A DNA stretch of 36,041 bases. It comes from Basidiobolus ranarum (lineage: Eukaryota). The stretch lies in contig JASJQH010006935.1 of assembly GCA_040143965.1 (NCBI GenBank), positions 1 through 36,041 of the forward strand, given 5' to 3'. How positions within the stretch are numbered: position 1 is the stretch's first letter; every line of letters begins with the position of its first letter. The position numbers were made by a program, and so were the translations under genes. Shown here piece by piece: positions 1 to 10,211 of this stretch. The notes below the pieces were generated by a model. That model had not been told where the DNA came from, ran no database searches, and worked only from the letters and a program-made list of their open reading frames with translations.

Positions 1-1000
1 GTACCCACCAAATGATATACTTCATTGTATATACTTTGATCTGTGCAAAAACCATAATATCCATTAAGATGGTTTTATATGAACAATAAGCACATATGTA
101 CCAATAACTCATAGAATTTAGCTTCTTGGTGGACTAATGGCAGAAAAAGTGCCAAATATCAGGAATTCAGGATAGTACTATTACTTCACAAATACCAAAC
201 ATTTGCTATCATTGACAATGATAATAACTCCTGTGTTTGAGCACACATGCCTGACATATTTGGCCAGAAAATCCAAGGCTTACAAGCAATATATGTCTTA
301 CCTCAAGTGGCAGTATTGCTACTTGAATATTTTACCTAATTACCAAAGCAAAAGTAGTGTGTCTGTATATCTATGTTGCCAAGAGGTTTCTCTTGAAACT
401 TTACCAAGGATAACAGGCTACATTATTGCTTCCTGGGGCTACAGCCTTCTCTTATTGATCTATATTTTCACAGCCAATTGGATGAAGATTAAAGCTGAAT
501 CCCTCTGATACAGCATTACTCATTGATAGCAAGTTTTTTGCTATTTTAGTTATGTAGAGCACATTTTTTGGTGACAAATACATGCCCTAGGCTTATCCCC
601 AATATATTACTCATTTCCTTCCAGTTCTGGAGCTTCTGGCAGCAGCTGCTTATCAATCATAAAAATCTTCCATTTCATATCAATGTTGAGTGTTTTGACC
701 AGTTTCAATGATGAGGGCCATATTGAAAAGCTCCTGAAGCAATGTACCATCTCCTACCCTTTTGTGCAGATGTCACTGATAGTACAAAGATATAGGAAAC
801 TTCTTAAGATACAATTTGATATACTTGCTCAGGCTTCTGTATTTGCTGTTATTTCTTGGTAAGTGAATTAGGGGAGTTTTCTGATGGCACCCATGCTCAG
901 ATTTTTGTTAGGATTGATTAAGACAGTATCGTTACATCCATGTTGCTCTTATTCCTACTGGTTGACACCTGTTACTAATACAGCCATAATGAAGATCTAT
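1..1000 (-). mobile_element. Degenerate Ty1/copia LTR-retrotransposon pol relic (protease, pre-integrase, integrase Zn finger); truncated by the window start; right boundary approximate
   Basis: Minus-strand translation gives motifs in copia order: WYIASGAFQY (from 749; cf. protease WxxDSGAxxH), KNVLYITKIAKNLLSMS (~568-518; cf. NVLYVPxLxxNLLSVS), WQHR (~381-370; cf. WHxRLGH) and CQAC (256-245). Many stops and frameshifts. I count only one CpG in the first ~1100 nt. Confidence 0.8.
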
Positions 1001-1374
1001 GGATTTCTATGCTATAAACCATAATATTAAGTACAACCAAATACTGCATATTTATGTATGCTTTTTCCACCATGAATTAGGCAGTGCTATCTATGATTTA
1101 CAGTACTCATTTGATTGCGACACCTGGTGCTCTGACTGACTTTTGGTATTAAAAGTAATTACCCAAACAGACATTATTCCTTTCTGTAGTAGAATATATA
1201 CTATTTAGTAGCTCCAAAATAAATCACGAAAAATCCCTTGAGCCCAGAGATGCTTGGTTCATATAAATAACAGAATACTTCATCAGATCACTGTGATGGT
1301 ATATTTGCTTCAACTAAGAAGTATAATCACGATTTATTGTACGGTCAGTTATGGCACAGGAATAGATGTAGGCC

Positions 1375-2388
1375 CTAAATTGGACTAGTATGAGATTTAC
1401 CGAAGGCGATGGCAGTGCGGTTCAAGGTATCAAGACTAATACGATTGGGATATCTATTCTTCAAGAGGTCGTAAATCTTCTGGGTGGAGTAGCCTTTCCC
1501 ATAGATATGGCGATCGAAGTATTGGATATATTCCTTGGTGGCACGGATATCGGACACTTCAGGTTTCTCGGTTCCAGGGACATGACCAGCAATCACTTTC
1601 TTTGGTTTGAGGCTGGTGAGATCTAGAGAAAGATTTAATACCAGCACGATCATTGAATTACAATCATTGAATTGACAAGTATACTTACAGTCCAGACTAC
1701 GAATCCATCCCTTTCTGTGGCTAGGCTCCAATGCTGAAGCCAACCACACATGCATTTTACTTGAGTATACCATATCACCGGTGATCATCACCTTTTGAGA
1801 AGGAATCCAATAAGCCGTCACATCCTCCGAATCCCCATCCAGTGGCTGTAGTAGCTTGATTGGCTCGTTCTTGTTTCCTCTCAGGGTAATAGACTTGCCT
1901 CTAAATGGCTTTGGGATTCTTGGCACCTGTGGGATTTCTGCCGTTCCATAAACACTGGACCATTGACTCACTGTACTTCTCAATCAGTAGATATCCTGAA
2001 TTAGGGGAAACTAGTGTAATATACCTTTTTCATCTACAGTTTGCTTGATTTTCTTCACGACAATTGGCGATGCATACAGGCCAGCCTTGGGATAAACCTT
2101 GAGAATTTCTGTAGCACCGAAATAATGATCCGGGTGTTCATGCGTTGTAAATATCTTGGTAACTGGAAGATGGGTGGTGTTCTTGATCAGAGAAATTAAC
2201 TCTTTCGCTGCAGAGTTGGTGAATCCAGCATCAAGGATGAATACTTCCTTCTGTCCAATGACAGCAGTTGAAACCGTTGACATTGTGGCATCGGATGAGC
2301 TATACTGCAGAATTTGCAGCTTAGAATGTCCAAAGGCGGACATGAACAGCACAGTAAGAGTAATTTTTTGAAAGAAAGTAGGCATCAT
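1375..2388 (-). CDS. Secreted MBL-fold metallo-hydrolase, copy A (~297 aa; exons 2388-2025, 1970-1689, 1622-1375)
   Basis: Hydrophobic N-terminus (MMPTFFQKITLTVLFMSAFG), ILDAG, THEHPDHYFG (HxHxDH), ITGDMVY and IAGH. Two GT-AG introns (54 and 66 nt) join the ORFs in frame. Confidence 0.9.
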
Positions 2389-2567
2389 TGTAGGTAATGA
2401 GAGCTTGTTGGCACTACTGATATCCCTTCTATCTCCCTATATATACGCAAGTATTCAGTATAGTCCAAGGAATTTGTAATCAGCAAAGTAAAAAATCAGC
2501 AGCCAAGACTTCTACTTACCAAACGAGGCCAAATATCCAGTTATATGGACAGCCATGATGTCAAATT

Positions 2568-2644
2568 CGGGTAAAAGGTCGGTATTTGGGCTAGCAATGC
2601 ACTTATCAAATTTAGCTCGGATAATAGCTCGACATTTGGCCAAG
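2568..2644. promoter_or_regulatory. Duplicated ~27-bp CGG-led element upstream of MBL copy A
   Basis: CGGGTAAAAGGTCGGTATTTGGGCTAG (2568-2594) and CGGATAATAGCTCGACATTTGGCCAAG (2618-2644), starting 180 nt upstream of the ATG. A matching pair lies upstream of copy B. Confidence 0.6.
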
Positions 2645-2916
2645 CTACGTATTTGTTGGTCCTGGATACTTAACCTAATACAGAATATTTACGCAGAAAA
2701 TGGAAAAAATAAAATAGAATCAATATATCTACTCCTAGCATACTTTTGGGAGATCAAGGATATTCCTAATTTATTCATTACAGGGCTCGAGCACCATGGA
2801 AAATTACTAAAAACTCATGTACCTCATTGCAATGAGCTTCAACTCTAAATGTATTATAGTGAAGCTCAATATCTTAGTTGTATACATAGCGAGATTATGT
2901 GTATAATTTATGCGAG

Positions 2917-3140
2917 TCATTGGGATCTACCGAAAGCGATTGCATAATAATGATTAGGACCCTCAGGGTGGCAAGTATCTTGATGGTATTCTTGATCAGA
3001 AAAAAGCAACTCTTTCGCAACAGAGTTGGTGATTTCAGAGTGTAAAATTTCTATACCAGGCCACACACTGAAAATTTGAGGCGAATCAATTCCATAATTG
3101 GTCAAGCTCTGTAAAATGGATATTAACAAAGTAGGTGCTG
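2917..3140 (-). pseudogene. Internally deleted MBL-fold hydrolase pseudogene
   Basis: DNA similarity to exon 1 of copies A/B (TTCTTGATCAGA...AACTCTTTCGC..CAGAGTTGGTGA). A decayed metal motif (CHPEGPNHYY) is fused directly to the C-terminal AIAFGRSQ* (copy A ends AIAFGKSH...). The start codon is lost. Confidence 0.8.
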
Positions 3141-3660
3141 ATTGCTAAATATAGGAAAGGTTTCAGCGTAATTACTGATATTTATATTATGTATGTGGAA
3201 ATTCAAACACTTTGTGTACCTTAAGGTTGGTTTACGATTAGCTATCGATGGAGATCTATCACTGGATTAATGATCGATCGATTTCTAATAATTTATAGTA
3301 TTTTCGAAATCACTCAAGTATTTAGGATTTAGGTTAATTATATTGAAGACTACAGAGTTTGTTGAGCGCTATCTTTCTGAATGGCAGCTTGGTTAATTCA
3401 TGATTGGGCTTTACTGCTCAAACCGTTATCGTTAATTGATTAACAATTTCTAAAGAAAGATTCAGGTAAAGCTTTATATCAGGACTAGATTACTAAAAAG
3501 GTGACTGATGCCTTCAACCTAAACTAAAAATACCATATATAGTAATTCTGATGGTTATCAGGCGTTATCGTAGTCAAACGTAGATAATTCCAGACGAGTT
3601 TTATTAAAGTATTCGGAAATACTAAAAATGCATCAGGTACAGTATTAGCGTACAGTATTA

Positions 3661-4653
3661 TTAGGCTCTACCATAGGCTGTTGCAGTGAGATTCAAGGTT
3701 TCAAGAGCAATACGGTCGGGAAATCTATTCTTTACGAGATCGTAGATTTTTTGGGGTGAATAACCTTTTCCATATACTTGGCGATCGAAGTACTCAATAT
3801 ACTCCTTGGTGGCACGAAGATCCGACACCTTAGGCTTTTCAGTGTTGGGAACATGGCCAGCAATCACTTTCTTAGGCTTTAAGCGGATGAGTCCTAGAGA
3901 CAGGATCAATAAAAGTGTGATACTCAGTCTTAGAATAGAAAAATATACTTACTTTCCAAGCTGCGAATCCATTTCTTACGATGGCTTGGCTCCTGAGCTT
4001 CAGAAAGCCAGACATGCATTTTGCTAGAGTATACCATGTCACCAGTGATTAGTGTCTTCTGAGAAGGAATCCAATAAGCTGTCACATCCTCAACATCACC
4101 ATCAAATGGCTGTAATAACTTGATAGGCTCGTTCTTGTGTCCCTTAAGGGTAATCGACTTGCCTCTAAATGGTTTGGGGATTCTTGGTGCTTGTGGGATC
4201 TCACCAGGTGCGTAAGCTCCAGTCCATTGCTTCACTAGAATAATTTTAGTAATTATTGTGGCAAGTGAGAAGGGTGAAGTTGAAAATACCTTTCTCATCT
4301 ACATGCTGCTTGATTTTCTTCACAACAATTGGCGACGCATAAAAACCAGCTTTAGGGTAAGCCTTGAGTATCTCAGTGGCACCGAAATAATGATCAGGAT
4401 GTTCATGAGTGGCAAATATCTTGGTGACTGGAAGACTGGTGGTATTCTTGATGAAGGAGATCATCTCTTGTGCGGATGATCTGGTGAATCCAGCATCAAG
4501 GATAACCACTTCCTTTTGCCCAATGACAGCAGTTGAAACCTCAAACATTGAGGCATCCGAAGAGCTATGGTGAATTACCTTAAGCTTTCGACTGCCAAAG
4601 GCGGATAAGAACAGAGTTGTAAGGGTAATTGCTTGAATAACTGGATACTTCAT
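3661..4653 (-). CDS. Secreted MBL-fold metallo-hydrolase, copy B (~292 aa; exons 4653-4290, 4234-3953, 3893-3661)
   Basis: Paralogue of copy A with identical exon 1 and exon 2 lengths (364 and 282 nt) and the same intron positions (55 and 59 nt). Signal-peptide-like N-terminus; THEHPDHYFG, GDMVY and IAGH. Confidence 0.9.
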
Positions 4654-4826
4654 TATGAAAATTGGTCTGAATATCTGATTCTTGCATCGTTGTCCTCTTT
4701 ATATCTATTCCAGTGCCTAGTGAAGTACGAAGAATTAGTAATCAAGTGTGAAAAGGTCCCGTAGACATGACTCCAAAAGAGGGTACTTGACTGATAAGCT
4801 TAAAGTGTATGGTTTGGATCAAATAC

Positions 4827-4949
4827 CGGACAAAAGGTCAAGATTTGGACAGGGCGCACGAAGTGATTCGGGAAGTGCAATCTTCAATTCATTATTGATG
4901 CACCTGGTATTAATTTCGGATAATAGGACCATATTTGATCAGGGCGCAC
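4827..4949. promoter_or_regulatory. Duplicated CGG-led element upstream of MBL copy B
   Basis: CGGACAAAAGGTCAAGATTTGGACAGGGCGCAC (4827-4859) and CGGATAATAGGACCATATTTGATCAGGGCGCAC (4917-4949), starting 174 nt upstream of the ATG. Confidence 0.6.
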
Positions 4950-7148
4950 CTAGAGTTACTTGGGACGTTTGATCGGTAATTGTTTCACAAGCCAGTGTCA
5001 ATTCTGGGCCATCTTTTTACATTTTACATGCAGCAATGTTGTCAACCTTATTATATTTAATGTTTACTACCTGAAATTGATAAATCCATTTGTCCATTGC
5101 TCATTCGAGCGTTAAAACCAATGATTTAATTGGATCATATAATACAACTAATTATAAATTGATGTGCTTGAAATATTGGTAATATTGCATTGAGTAAATT
5201 CAACCAGATTTTCCAAACAAAATCAAAGAAGAGATAATATTATTATATGTGTGCAGGTGAAGCTCAAGCCATCAGAAACTATGAATACTCTGCTCGCCTC
5301 GTTTGAAATTTTGTCAGCACGAGTGTTGCGTGCAGTAGAGATCACTTTGTATCGTAACAGTAGTATTTGAGCCATCCCAAATAGGTCTTCATTGTTTCGT
5401 ACTCAAATGGTACAGAGTACCTCTGACTAAAAGATGAAGGCTCTCCAAGGGTATTTAAGGCAAAGTCTTGTATAGAGATAAAGATGGCTGTTGTTTCTTT
5501 AAAAGAGGATTAGAGTTCAATCGGGCACTATTGTCTGTAACTTTTGGGAATTTTGATTGCATTATTATAATTTTAGAATGTTATGAAACTAACATATCTT
5601 AACTATGCAACTGGCTTCCTTTTTATAACATATTCACATACTCTGAACTACAATGCTAAGCATTCACATCATGTATTGAAAAATGCATTGCCACTTACGA
5701 TATAGTAGTATTATTTGCCCTATTTTATGCTACTAACTTCTCTATACATTGTTAACAATACTCTGCCGCTACTATACTCATTCAAGCATTAAAACCTTAA
5801 CTCCACTGCTAGTTTGAGACTATACTGCTGCTATTGCATTGCTTGACACCCATACGTAGCACAAAATGGATTAATATTCTTAGGATATCATGAGATATGT
5901 AATGAGAGGTCAAAGGAATTATGATAGTTTAGCTATGGCACTGCTTAAAGAATATCTTCTCGAACTTCATTACTGACTCTACTCCGCCATGGTCAACACA
6001 TATCAATGTAATAAGTTGATAATATCCAGTTCGAATTGTCAGTGTACCCACTTTAGTAACAAAATACAGTATTTAGTAATTCTAGTATTGTTAGTAGACA
6101 TCTTATATTATAGCTTTACTCCTACATTATTATGTAGAATACAGTATATTTGCCACCAATTTGGAATAGTGTATAACAGCCAAATGCCATCATATATCTT
6201 CTATATAGTACAGGTAATATCTATTATCTTGTGTAGTATGCAGCCTAACTATTAAGCTTAGGCTAACCCGATTGCTGCTTTGTTGATGTTGGAGTATTTT
6301 GGGAGTTGTTGGAAGTGATTTGGAGAACTAGAAGAATTGGTGGTTTTCACTTAATGATTTATTGGAGTGCAAGTTGACATTTATACTTCTGTCAAGAGGT
6401 ATGCAAACCAACGTGTACAGTACAAAGTTTGAGAACTTCCAAGTTGGTCTCAATATTGAGGGTAAATTCCTCATGAAGATATCCCATAATAACATAGTGA
6501 AATTTAGGTAGCTGACTATATAACTATATAGATGCTTAAACTATATATTTTCAACAGGAGGGAAAATTGAAGCTTAGTATTTTTCTTATACTTTTTATGT
6601 ATAAATACTTGATGTATCCCATATATGCTAGTTAATATTATTTAGTTCAATATCTCTTGCTTCAAAATTACAACATGTGATTAGGATGTATGTGAATATC
6701 TGAGAATTAGCAAGGTTGAACCTAATCACTTTCCAAATTAGCTTCAAACTGACTCATTTTACTCCTATATATGCTCTGAGCATGATCCCACCACTCCCTT
6801 TAGTATCAGTACTTTATTTCTGGTCAATCATTATATATATCTCAAACCTACAATAACTCTACATCTTTAGACCCCTTCCACAAGCCTCCAATTGTCATAA
6901 TACATTTTAGTGTTGTTACTTCCTTCATATCTAACGTAAGATGTTACCTTCTGAACAATACTAATACTTATTTATTAAATATTAGAGAAGTAGCATTAGG
7001 TTTTGTCACATCTTAGAATTACATGTGTTAATTACACAACCACTGCGGAATACTATTGCTGCGCACACCTCCCCATGCATTCTGGTTGGTTTCACAGATA
7101 TGATATTTGGTGTGTGTCGGTGTTATAAATGAAGGCATGCCTGATAGG

Positions 7149-8144
7149 ATGAGCTTAGCAATGCCACCATTTAATCTTCAAGATTTGGATGTCTCTGTGG
7201 CGGAGTGGGAGGAATTCCGCAAGAACCTCCCACCAGCTGTTTTTGATCCAGACTACCTCAGCTTCCGAGCGAAAACCGATGCTGTCAGTCACTTATCCCG
7301 TTTCAGTAACCGAAGTGGCTTTACTGCTAAGGAGCAATTTATTCCTGTTAGGGATGCCAATATCAAAGTTAGAATATACTCACCCGATCTTGAAAGCGGG
7401 AGTGGCCCTTATCCCCTGGTTATGCTCTACCATGGCGGAGGTTTCTTTGTTGGAAATCTAGAAACTGAAGATAGAGCAGCTTGTGAAATTTGTGTTGGTG
7501 TTAAAGCTGTTGTTGTAAACGTAGAATATCGCCTGGCTCCTGAAAACAAGTTCCCAATCCCTGTCAATGACTGTTATGATGCATTGGAATGGGCAATCAC
7601 AAACGCCGGAGAGCTTAATGTTGACGTTTCTAAAGTTGTTACCACAGGAACCAGTGCTGGAGGATCGTTAGCCTTGGCGGTCGCATTGATGGACCTGGAC
7701 TCTGGTCATCATAGAATCCATTTTATTGCAGCAATACAGCCCCACACATGTCATCTTGACCTCTATCCAGAAAAATATAAGAGCGATTTTCGCTCTATTG
7801 TAACCAACGCAAACGCTGATGTATTTAACCTTCAAGGCATGGCCCTAGTGAATGAACTTTATCTGCGAGATGAAAAAGTAGATGGTGCTAGTCCATACTA
7901 TTCAATCATTTTAGCTACCAACCTAAGCAGCCTCCCCCCTACATACATTGTCGTTGGTAGCAAGGACCCTCTGCGTGATGATGGAATTGTTTTAGCAAAG
8001 GAGCTAGCAGAGGTTGGTGTTCCATGTGAGTTGGATATTTATCGTGGTTACCCTCATGGGTTTATGATGTTTCCTTTATCAGTAACCGACTCACATTACC
8101 GAATCTGGGTTGAAAAGATATCTAATGCAGTCAACAAATATTAG
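7149..8144 (+). CDS. Alpha/beta hydrolase, hormone-sensitive-lipase family (family IV) esterase, intronless; start could also be the ATG at 7137 or the next downstream Met
   Basis: HGGGF oxyanion motif, VEYRLAPE, GTSAGG nucleophile elbow, DPLRDDG (catalytic Asp) and HGF (catalytic His). TATAAA at ~7124. Confidence 0.92.
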   Translation: MSLAMPPFNLQDLDVSVAEWEEFRKNLPPAVFDPDYLSFRAKTDAVSHLSRFSNRSGFTAKEQFIPVRDANIKVRIYSPDLESGSGPYPLVMLYHGGGFFVGNLETEDRAACEICVGVKAVVVNVEYRLAPENKFPIPVNDCYDALEWAITNAGELNVDVSKVVTTGTSAGGSLALAVALMDLDSGHHRIHFIAAIQPHTCHLDLYPEKYKSDFRSIVTNANADVFNLQGMALVNELYLRDEKVDGASPYYSIILATNLSSLPPTYIVVGSKDPLRDDGIVLAKELAEVGVPCELDIYRGYPHGFMMFPLSVTDSHYRIWVEKISNAVNKY

Positions 8145-8502
8145 TACCCAGGTGTTTGATCGAATTAATTTCAGTCACCCTAAAATAGACAACAATGAAA
8201 GAAAGTACTTTCAGAATTGATCAAATAATGAATGATTAAATTCCATTGATTGAGCGTTTATTTTATGCAGATGCACTTACTGACATAGTTACCATTCACA
8301 TCTATATCTTGATCGTATAGTATTTAGTAAGTGAGGTGGAGATGGATTCCATATATTAGGCCACTATGCGCTCATAGTGCACGCATTGGACAACTACATC
8401 TAATTTCTCACACTATATAGTGAGTCGCCAATGATGTGGAAGAAAAGAAGAAACTCGAAATAACTCTAATACTTGTTCCACATAGAACTATCAGATTAAC
8501 CA

Positions 8503-8552
8503 GACCCATCAGATTGATTGGAGTAAAATCCCTACCTGACCCATCAGATTGA
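8503..8552. repeat. 15-bp direct repeat GACCCATCAGATTGA x2 (35-nt period)
   Basis: Exact copies at 8503-8517 and 8538-8552; partial ATCAGATT at ~8490. Confidence 0.8.
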
Positions 8553-9503
8553 ATTCTCTACTAGAACTTGTTGTTACAAACATAAAATCCCCAATCTTAG
8601 TAACATCTTACCTCTTGAACGTCATATTATGAGTCTGTGCCACCTACCCTACCATACAGGGCAGTAAGTAAAAGATTTGCTTGTTGCGCATCTTAATTAT
8701 TATGAACTCCTATTCTTCATCTGGACTTCATGTCATGTTAAGAGTGCGAGTACTCGTCATAGTAGTTAGGAAATTACCTCACACAAAGAATATTAAGCTT
8801 CAAATGGCAGTGGTGAAAGGAGTATGTATTATTAGCAGGAAAGGAAGGTCCCAGTCCTCACATGATGAATAAACATGCTATTATTATTTTACCATACACT
8901 TGTAACAAGCATAGTACGTTAATACTGCTAAAAACGCTTCATATGAAGAAACTTATAGCCAGAAGAGGTAGAGGAGCCTAAACTTTATTTCACGAATTGA
9001 AAGAGGTTCACATAGCTAGTATTGACATGTAATACTGTAGTGTAGTGGAATTGAATAAAATCACTATTTACTAGCTTTGGTCCATTTACAAACGAAGAGA
9101 TTCTTGTCAGTATCCAGAGCTGATTCATCTCTGTTTGCAATTTAGTGAGTGATGTAAATGATTAATCACTTGATCTCAATGAAGATTCAGCATTGAAACA
9201 ATCCAAATTTCATGGACGAAACAGTATCATCTAATGAAACGATCAAAAGTAAGAAATCATGACGAAAAGAGAAATAGATAGTTTAGGTAACCAATGCACG
9301 CTCATGATATCACCATCTAGATTAATATGCAAACCATCTACTTTGAAATAACCTTAATTTTCTATCGAATTAAAATTTCTTTCATAGTAAGACTCGGAAC
9401 ATCAACGATTCTTCAATGAGCCAGGTCTGTTCTTGAGACATAAATACACATAGATGGAACCACCACCACCCAACCCAAAATCTCTTTCAAAGACACTTGG
9501 ATC

Positions 9504-10211
9504 ATGGGATATATCGTATTTCGCGTAGAGAAATTGAGAGACGATGTGAATCGTACCATCAACATCATCGATGTATTGACTGGCGAGGTTGTTTATCGCA
9601 GGGAAGCTACCGGCCCGAAAAAAGACATGGACGCTTTACATCTCGCGGTAGAGGACGAAGAGAAGGAGGATGTTCCCTTATGGGAATCCAATCCAACCAA
9701 AAGGGCGACCTTTTTGCGACTTGACAGTAGGTATTACAAATCCCAAGTGGTATTTGACAATGATAAGCGTCGACCAGTTTGGTTCCGATTCACCTGGAGA
9801 GAGATACTCTTCACATGGGAACGTTCTAACGAACAATTTCTATGTTTTGGCCCCAAAGGGAGGGTTATGGCCATCGTTAATTTAACAACCCGAGAGATCT
9901 CTGTATTTGACAAAGCGGAGAAATTTGCCCCAGGAACAGAATCGTTGCTAATAACAGTGGGTCTCAAGGTGATGAGTCGTGGTAGAAGAAGCTTCATGAT
10001 GCCATCATTTGTCCAAATTCCTACGTTCTCCTCTTTACCGTCCACTCAGAAATGTAAAGGAGTTATACGTTCTGCTACATCAATCTTTGCAAAGAAGCAT
10101 GATGATAACATGAGTATAATGACGGATGGTGATGGTAGTCTATTTGACCATAAAGTTGAATATTTCCTTCAACAGAGAGACGGCCGGGAGAAAAGGGCCA
10201 CTCCTATGTAA
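9504..10211 (+). CDS. Hypothetical protein (235 aa, intronless), possibly a tubby/LURP-one-like beta-barrel
   Basis: Long ATG-initiated ORF in AT-rich DNA. Alternating beta-strand pattern (WFRFTW..LFTW) followed by a hydrophobic helix (ESLLITVGLKVM). The fold call is inference. Confidence 0.7.
   Translation: MGYIVFRVEKLRDDVNRTINIIDVLTGEVVYRREATGPKKDMDALHLAVEDEEKEDVPLWESNPTKRATFLRLDSRYYKSQVVFDNDKRRPVWFRFTWREILFTWERSNEQFLCFGPKGRVMAIVNLTTREISVFDKAEKFAPGTESLLITVGLKVMSRGRRSFMMPSFVQIPTFSSLPSTQKCKGVIRSATSIFAKKHDDNMSIMTDGDGSLFDHKVEYFLQQRDGREKRATPM

Noticed and set aside
203-508. 101-aa plus-strand ORF
   Set aside because: Antisense to the copia relic; no protein-like motifs.
2568-4949. Repeated ~30-bp units as a CRISPR-like array
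   Set aside because: Eukaryotic context, only two degenerate copies per locus and no cas genes; better explained as promoter elements.
8416-8427. TATAGTGAGTCG matches part of the reverse-complemented T7 promoter
   Set aside because: Only 12 nt match, the flanks differ and there is no other vector sequence; most likely chance.
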